Positions 25,269 through 32,000 of a DNA stretch of 32,000 nucleotides are shown one piece after another (within the stretch, counting starts at the first letter, position 1; each line of letters opens with the position of its first letter). Under the pieces are notes generated by a model that was not told the DNA's origin, did not search any database, and saw only the letters and a program-made list of their open reading frames with translations. The position numbers and the translations under genes are program-made. Origin of the DNA: Pseudomonas aeruginosa (GTDB lineage: Bacteria > Pseudomonadota > Gammaproteobacteria > Pseudomonadales > Pseudomonadaceae); the NCBI RefSeq assembly GCF_001457615.1, contig NZ_LN831024.1:3750001-3782000 (forward strand). The letters are read 5' to 3'.

Positions 25269-25505
25269 ATGAAAAAGACCGTAACTCTTGCCCTGCTGCT
25301 CGCTGCCAGCCTTGGCCTGGCCGCTTGCGACAAGAAAGAGGAAGACAAGGCAGCGGCCCCGGCAGCTCCGGCTACCGAGACCCAGCCGAGCGCTCCGGCT
25401 ACTCCCCCTGCCGAGCCCAGCGCCCCGGCGCCGTCGAGCGACACTCCGGCAACCCCGCAGACTCCGGCACCGACTCCGGAGCAACCGCAACAGAACCAGC
25501 AATAA
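25269..25505 (+). CDS. Small Pro/Ala-rich lipoprotein (78 aa)
   Basis: GGAG SD 8 nt upstream. Lipobox MKKTVTLALLLAASLGLAAC. The mature part is low-complexity (AAPAAPATETQPSAPATPPAEPSAPAPSSDTPATPQTPAPTPEQPQQNQQ). Confidence 0.8.
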   Translation: MKKTVTLALLLAASLGLAACDKKEEDKAAAPAAPATETQPSAPATPPAEPSAPAPSSDTPATPQTPAPTPEQPQQNQQ

Positions 25506-25525
25506 GTTCTCGTTGACGTACCCTG

Positions 25526-25551
25526 AAAGAGCCCGCGCAAGCGGGCTTTTT
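25526..25551. terminator. Bidirectional rho-independent terminator (lipoprotein gene / convergent membrane-protein gene)
   Basis: AGCCCGC-gcaa-GCGGGCT stem flanked by GAAAG upstream and TTTTT downstream, between the convergent stops at 25505 and 25564. Confidence 0.8.
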
Positions 25552-25563
25552 CATGCCCGGGAT

Positions 25564-26328
25564 TCAGCCCCTGGGCACCTCGCCCTCGCCTTCCCGCGGG
25601 CTTTCGGCGATTGCGGTCTCGGTGTAGACCATCACCTCCAGCACGTCCGAATGGAATTCGCGGCGATACAGGACCAGCACCACGCCGGCCGTCACCAGCA
25701 TGAAGAACCAGGAATTGATGAACCAGGCGAGCATGGCCAGGCCGAAATAGTACGAGCGCAAGCCGAAGTTGAACTGGTTGGCCGCCAGCGAGATGACCCG
25801 GGCGGCACGCTCGGCAAAGGATTTGCGCTCCAGCTCGCCGACGTTGCGCTCGCCGATCATCGGTGCCGAGCCGACCAGGATCGCCGCGAAGTTGTATTGG
25901 CGCATGCACCAGCTGAAGGTGAAGAAGGCATAGACGAAGACCACTGCCAGGCACAGCAGCTTCAGTTCCGATAGTCCCCGGCTGGCCTCCTCCACGAACG
26001 GCAGGTCGGCCAGTACCGAGACGGCGCGATCGGTGGAGCCCAGCAGGGTGAGGATGCCGGCGAGGATGATCAGCGTGCTGGAGGCGAAGAACGACGCGTT
26101 ACGCTCCAGGTTACCGATCACGCTGGCGTCGGCGATACGGTTGTCGCGCAGCAGCAACCGGCGCATCCAGTCCTCCCGGTAGAGGTGCAGGACGCTGGCC
26201 AGGCAGGCGGTGTCGCGACCCTTCCAGGTGGCGTAGCGGGTGTAGCCCACCCAGCAGAACAGGAACCAGAGCGCCGCCAGCAGGTGTTGCAGCAGGTGCC
26301 CGTTGAAAATGCCGAGTTCGGCGGTCAT
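25564..26328 (-). CDS. Integral membrane protein of unknown function (DUF599-like by recollection)
   Basis: 254 aa from ATG 26328 (GAGGGAG SD). Several hydrophobic helices (HLLAALWFLFCWVGY, STLIILAGILTLLG, LLCLAVVFVYAFFTF, LAMLAWFINSWFFMLVTAGVVLVLY). The ORF-track start at 26562 crosses the braB terminator and is rejected. Confidence 0.8.
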   Translation of the reverse strand: MTAELGIFNGHLLQHLLAALWFLFCWVGYTRYATWKGRDTACLASVLHLYREDWMRRLLLRDNRIADASVIGNLERNASFFASSTLIILAGILTLLGSTDRAVSVLADLPFVEEASRGLSELKLLCLAVVFVYAFFTFSWCMRQYNFAAILVGSAPMIGERNVGELERKSFAERAARVISLAANQFNFGLRSYYFGLAMLAWFINSWFFMLVTAGVVLVLYRREFHSDVLEVMVYTETAIAESPREGEGEVPRG

Positions 26329-26427
26329 GAAAACTCCCTCTTGAGCCGGCCGGGAATCGCCCCGCCGTTGTTTCGCGCCGTTGGGACGCCGCTCGCCGCG
26401 GCCAGGACACGACTTTCGTCGGCTCAT

Positions 26428-26453
26428 GAAAAAGGCCGCCCGGAGGCGGCCTT
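26428..26453 (-). terminator. Rho-independent terminator of braB
   Basis: AAGGCCGCC-tccg-GGCGGCCTT perfect 9-bp stem followed on the minus strand by TTTTTC, about 20 nt after the braB stop. Confidence 0.8.
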
Positions 26454-26473
26454 CCTGGGGTTCGCCTGACGTC

Positions 26474-27787
26474 TCAGGCGACCGCTTCGCGCGGCTTGCC
26501 CAGCAGCCGATCGCAAACGACTGCCAGGACCAGCGCAATGGATACCGGCAGCAGCCAGCCAAGGCTCTGATCGGCGAGCGGAAGCTTGGCGAAGACGTCC
26601 GGCACCCACCCGTTCAGCTTGGCCGCCCCCAGCCCGTCGACGATGCCGAAGAGCAGCGCGACGATCATCACCGGCACGAACACCCGCGGGGCCGACACCC
26701 AGAGCCGGTCGAACAGGCTCAGGGCGATCAGCACGATGGCGAGCGGATAGAGTCCCACCAGAACCGGTACCGAAAGGCTGATCAACTGGGTCAGTCCCTG
26801 GTTGGCGACCAGCAGGCTGAACAGCGAGAACACGATCACCACCGTCTTGTACGAAACCGGCAGCAGGTCGCTGAAGAACTCGCCGCACGCCGTGATCAGC
26901 CCTACCGCCGTGGTCAGGCAGGCCAGGGTGATGACCACCGCCAGCAACAGGCTGCCGGAAACGCCAAAGGTCTGCTGCACATAGGCGGTGAGGATCTGTA
27001 CGCCATTCTGGGCGTCGCCGGCGATGCCCTGGCTGGTGGCGCCAAGATAGAACAGCGCCAGGTAGACCAGGGACAGGCCGGTGGCGGCGATGACCCCAGC
27101 GATCATGGAATAGCGCGTGACCAGCCGGCTGTCGCTGATGCCGCGGTCGCGAATGGCGGTGGCGATGACGATACCGAAGACCAGCGCACCGAGGGTATCC
27201 ATGGTCAGGTAGCCCTGCAGGAAGCCCTGCACCAGGGGCGCGCTCTGGTACTCGCCGGAACTGCTGCCGATCTCTCCCGCCGGCGCGAAGATCGCCGCGC
27301 CGCCAAGGACCAGCAGGGCCGACAGCAGCACCGGCGTGATGACCTTTCCGACCCGGTCGACAAGGCGACCCGGGTTCAGCACCAGGAACAGAACCACGGA
27401 GAAGTAAGCGACGGTATAGATGAGCAACGGCACGCCGCCGTCCCCGGTGAAGGGCGCGACGCCCATCTCGAAGGACACCACGGCTGTACGCGGGGTGGCG
27501 AACAGCGGGCCGATGGCAAGATAGACGGCGATGGCGAACGCCACTCCCGCGCGCCGCCCGATCGGCTGGGTCAGGCGGCCAATACCGCCTCCGACCCGGG
27601 CCAGGGCGACCACCGTCAGCAACGGCAGGCCGACACCGGTAAGGAGGAAGCCGAAAGCCGCGCTCCATACGTGTTCGCCCGCCGCCATGCCGGCACTGGG
27701 AGGAAAGATGATGTTACCCGCGCCGAGAAAAAGCGCGAACGTCATGAAGCCAAGGGCGAGCAGGTCGAACCCTTTCAAATGAGTCAT
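26474..27787 (-). CDS. braB: Branched-chain amino acid:cation symporter (LIVCS family)
   Basis: 437 aa from ATG 27787: MTHLKGFDLLALGFMTFALFLGAGNIIFPPSAGMAAG… 12-TM LIVCS/BrnQ-like sequence. The position next to sucCD matches P. aeruginosa braB by recollection. No SD is visible upstream (…GGTACATCCTCCTATG). Confidence 0.88.
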   Translation of the reverse strand: MTHLKGFDLLALGFMTFALFLGAGNIIFPPSAGMAAGEHVWSAAFGFLLTGVGLPLLTVVALARVGGGIGRLTQPIGRRAGVAFAIAVYLAIGPLFATPRTAVVSFEMGVAPFTGDGGVPLLIYTVAYFSVVLFLVLNPGRLVDRVGKVITPVLLSALLVLGGAAIFAPAGEIGSSSGEYQSAPLVQGFLQGYLTMDTLGALVFGIVIATAIRDRGISDSRLVTRYSMIAGVIAATGLSLVYLALFYLGATSQGIAGDAQNGVQILTAYVQQTFGVSGSLLLAVVITLACLTTAVGLITACGEFFSDLLPVSYKTVVIVFSLFSLLVANQGLTQLISLSVPVLVGLYPLAIVLIALSLFDRLWVSAPRVFVPVMIVALLFGIVDGLGAAKLNGWVPDVFAKLPLADQSLGWLLPVSIALVLAVVCDRLLGKPREAVA

Positions 27788-28037
27788 AGGAGGATGTACC
27801 ACTGGCAGAAGTCTCGGTTGTTCGGGGTTTCCCTTTGGGGGTGTTAGGAAACAACGTCCTTCCGGATGAGGAGGACCGGTCAAGCCGCCCGACCCCTTTT
27901 GAGGGCCATGTGGCGTTATAGCTGCAGGCGCACTGGCCTGCGGGATGATGCGTGGCGCGCCCGGGGTTTTGTCGGACACGAACCGTTGGCAATGATAGCG
28001 CATCGCGGCAACATTCGTTTGACGGATGCGATAGAAC

Positions 28038-28073
28038 GACGAAGGCCACCGCTGTGAGGCGGTGGCCTTCGTC
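28038..28073 (-). terminator. Strong hairpin ending the sucCD transcript
   Basis: GACGAAGGCCACCGC-6 nt-GCGGTGGCCTTCGTC, a 15-bp perfect stem starting 25 nt after the sucD stop. The downstream tract on the minus strand is only GTTCTATC, a poor U-run. Confidence 0.65.
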
Positions 28074-28097
28074 CTGGAACTCAGAAAACCCGGGAAA

Positions 28098-30151
<2,054 letters not shown>

Positions 30152-30228
30152 GCTTGTCTACCGTTATTCGTCTAGGTATTGCGCATTTCGGCGGAGCGCT
30201 CGTGGCGCCCCACCACCTGTGACCGTCG

Positions 30229-30254
30229 TTTCGCGAACCACCCGGCTCGCGAAA
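30229..30254. repeat. Hairpin E in the lpd-sucC spacer (TTTCGCGA-10 nt-TCGCGAAA)
   Basis: Perfect 8-bp arms, and each arm contains the TCGCGA palindrome. On the transcribed (minus) strand it is preceded, not followed, by a T-run, so it is not a canonical terminator. Confidence 0.4.
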
Positions 30255-30332
30255 AAACAGTCCGGCGGCATACGCCCGCGGCCACCTCGCAACGGTCGCC
30301 GGCGCTCACCCGCCGTGGTTCTTCTGAAAGTC

Positions 30333-30363
30333 TGCCGCCTGCGGCATCCCGACGCAGGCGGCA
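30333..30363. repeat. Hairpin D in the lpd-sucC spacer (TGCCGCCTGCG-9 nt-CGCAGGCGGCA)
   Basis: Perfect 11-bp GC-rich stem. No U-tract on either strand. Confidence 0.45.
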
Positions 30364-30395
30364 AACCGTGGATTCTACAGAACCCGGACCCGACA

Positions 30396-30418
30396 AGGCC
30401 AGGAACCTGTCCTGGCCT
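30396..30418. repeat. Hairpin C in the lpd-sucC spacer (AGGCCAGGA-5 nt-TCCTGGCCT)
   Basis: Perfect 9-bp stem with a 5-nt loop. Confidence 0.45.
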
Positions 30419-30424
30419 GACGGA

Positions 30425-30472
30425 CGACGCGTCCCGCGTCGCTGTGACGCCCCTGGCGTGAACCGGGGCGTC
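30425..30472. repeat. Hairpins B and A just downstream of lpd (CGACGCG-tcc-CGCGTCG at 30425-30441; GACGCCCC-11 nt-GGGGCGTC at 30446-30472)
   Basis: Two adjacent perfect stems (7 bp and 8 bp) starting 8 nt after the lpd stop codon. Neither has a U-tract. Confidence 0.45.
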
Positions 30473-30479
30473 GGATCAC

Positions 30480-31919
<1,440 letters not shown>

Positions 31920-31945
31920 TCAATCCTTATTCGGGTGAAACCGGA

Positions 31946-31964
31946 CGGCCCCACGAGGGGGCCG
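31946..31964 (-). repeat. Intercistronic hairpin between sucB and lpd
   Basis: CGGCCCC-5 nt-GGGGCCG stem in the 68-nt gap. The AAGGA SD for lpd lies downstream of it on the minus strand. Confidence 0.35.
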
Positions 31965-31984
31965 CCGTGAAGAGAAACGCTAAA

Positions 31985-32000
31985 TCAGACGTCCAGCAGC
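31985..32000 (-). CDS. sucB: 3' tip of the dihydrolipoyllysine succinyltransferase gene (E2 of 2-oxoglutarate dehydrogenase); only the last 4 full codons + stop are in the window
   Basis: The minus strand reads …CTG CTG GAC GTC TGA = …LLDV*, the characteristic SucB C-terminus. The position upstream of lpd-sucCD is consistent. There is very little sequence, so the confidence is moderate. Confidence 0.55.

Noticed and set aside
27922-27939. Sigma-54-like GG…GC element (minus strand AGGCCAGTGCGCCTGCAG) upstream of braB
   Set aside because: The GG-to-GC spacing is 11 nt instead of the strictly required 10, and the flanking consensus bases are poor.
27916-28014. 32-codon minus-strand ORF (MLPRCAIIANGSCPTKPRARHASSRRPVRLQL) in the braB upstream region, considered as a possible attenuation leader peptide
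   Set aside because: It has no run of Leu/Ile/Val codons and no SD, and no terminator/antiterminator pair follows it.
30164-30364. 66-aa ORF (-) and overlapping small ORFs in the lpd-sucC spacer
   Set aside because: The translation is Arg-rich and low-complexity, with no SD. The region is better explained by RNA hairpins.

Overview
This is a high-GC (about 66%) Pseudomonas-type chromosomal segment. From memory and unverified, gene content and order match the Pseudomonas aeruginosa core region PA1587-PA1616 read in reverse: sucB(3' tip)-lpdG-sucC-sucD-braB ... htpG ... MCP-fabB-fabA-hybrid kinase-binding protein-TonB receptor-gpsA-small membrane protein-sixA(5' part). I call 30 protein-coding genes, two of them cut by the window edges. 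I also call several rho-independent terminators, a sigma-32 promoter for htpG, a sigma-28-type promoter for the chemoreceptor gene, and several candidate operators and hairpins. I saw no rRNA, tRNA, CRISPR array, transposase, integrase, phage gene or recognisable defence-island gene. Composition looks uniform, so this reads as an ordinary core region rather than an accessory island, and I found no clear-cut novel system. The best candidates for undescribed biology are five. (1) A translationally coupled TonB-dependent receptor / periplasmic binding protein / hybrid histidine kinase triad (1767-6757) whose ligand is unknown. (2) An operon of two tandem hotdog thioesterases plus an uncharacterised 3-TM protein next to htpG (22914-25096). 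(3) A periplasmic Mo/2Fe-2S/tri-haem cytochrome c oxidoreductase operon behind a perfect 16-bp AT-rich palindrome, bracketed by MarR and AraC regulators and a second PanB paralog (13670-20088). (4) Two divergent genes whose start codons overlap inside one CCATGG (12733-12738). (5) A 328-bp multi-hairpin spacer inside the TCA-cycle operon (30152-30479). All calls rest on reading translations, motifs and hairpins by eye. No database search was run. Locus-tag and family names are recollection.
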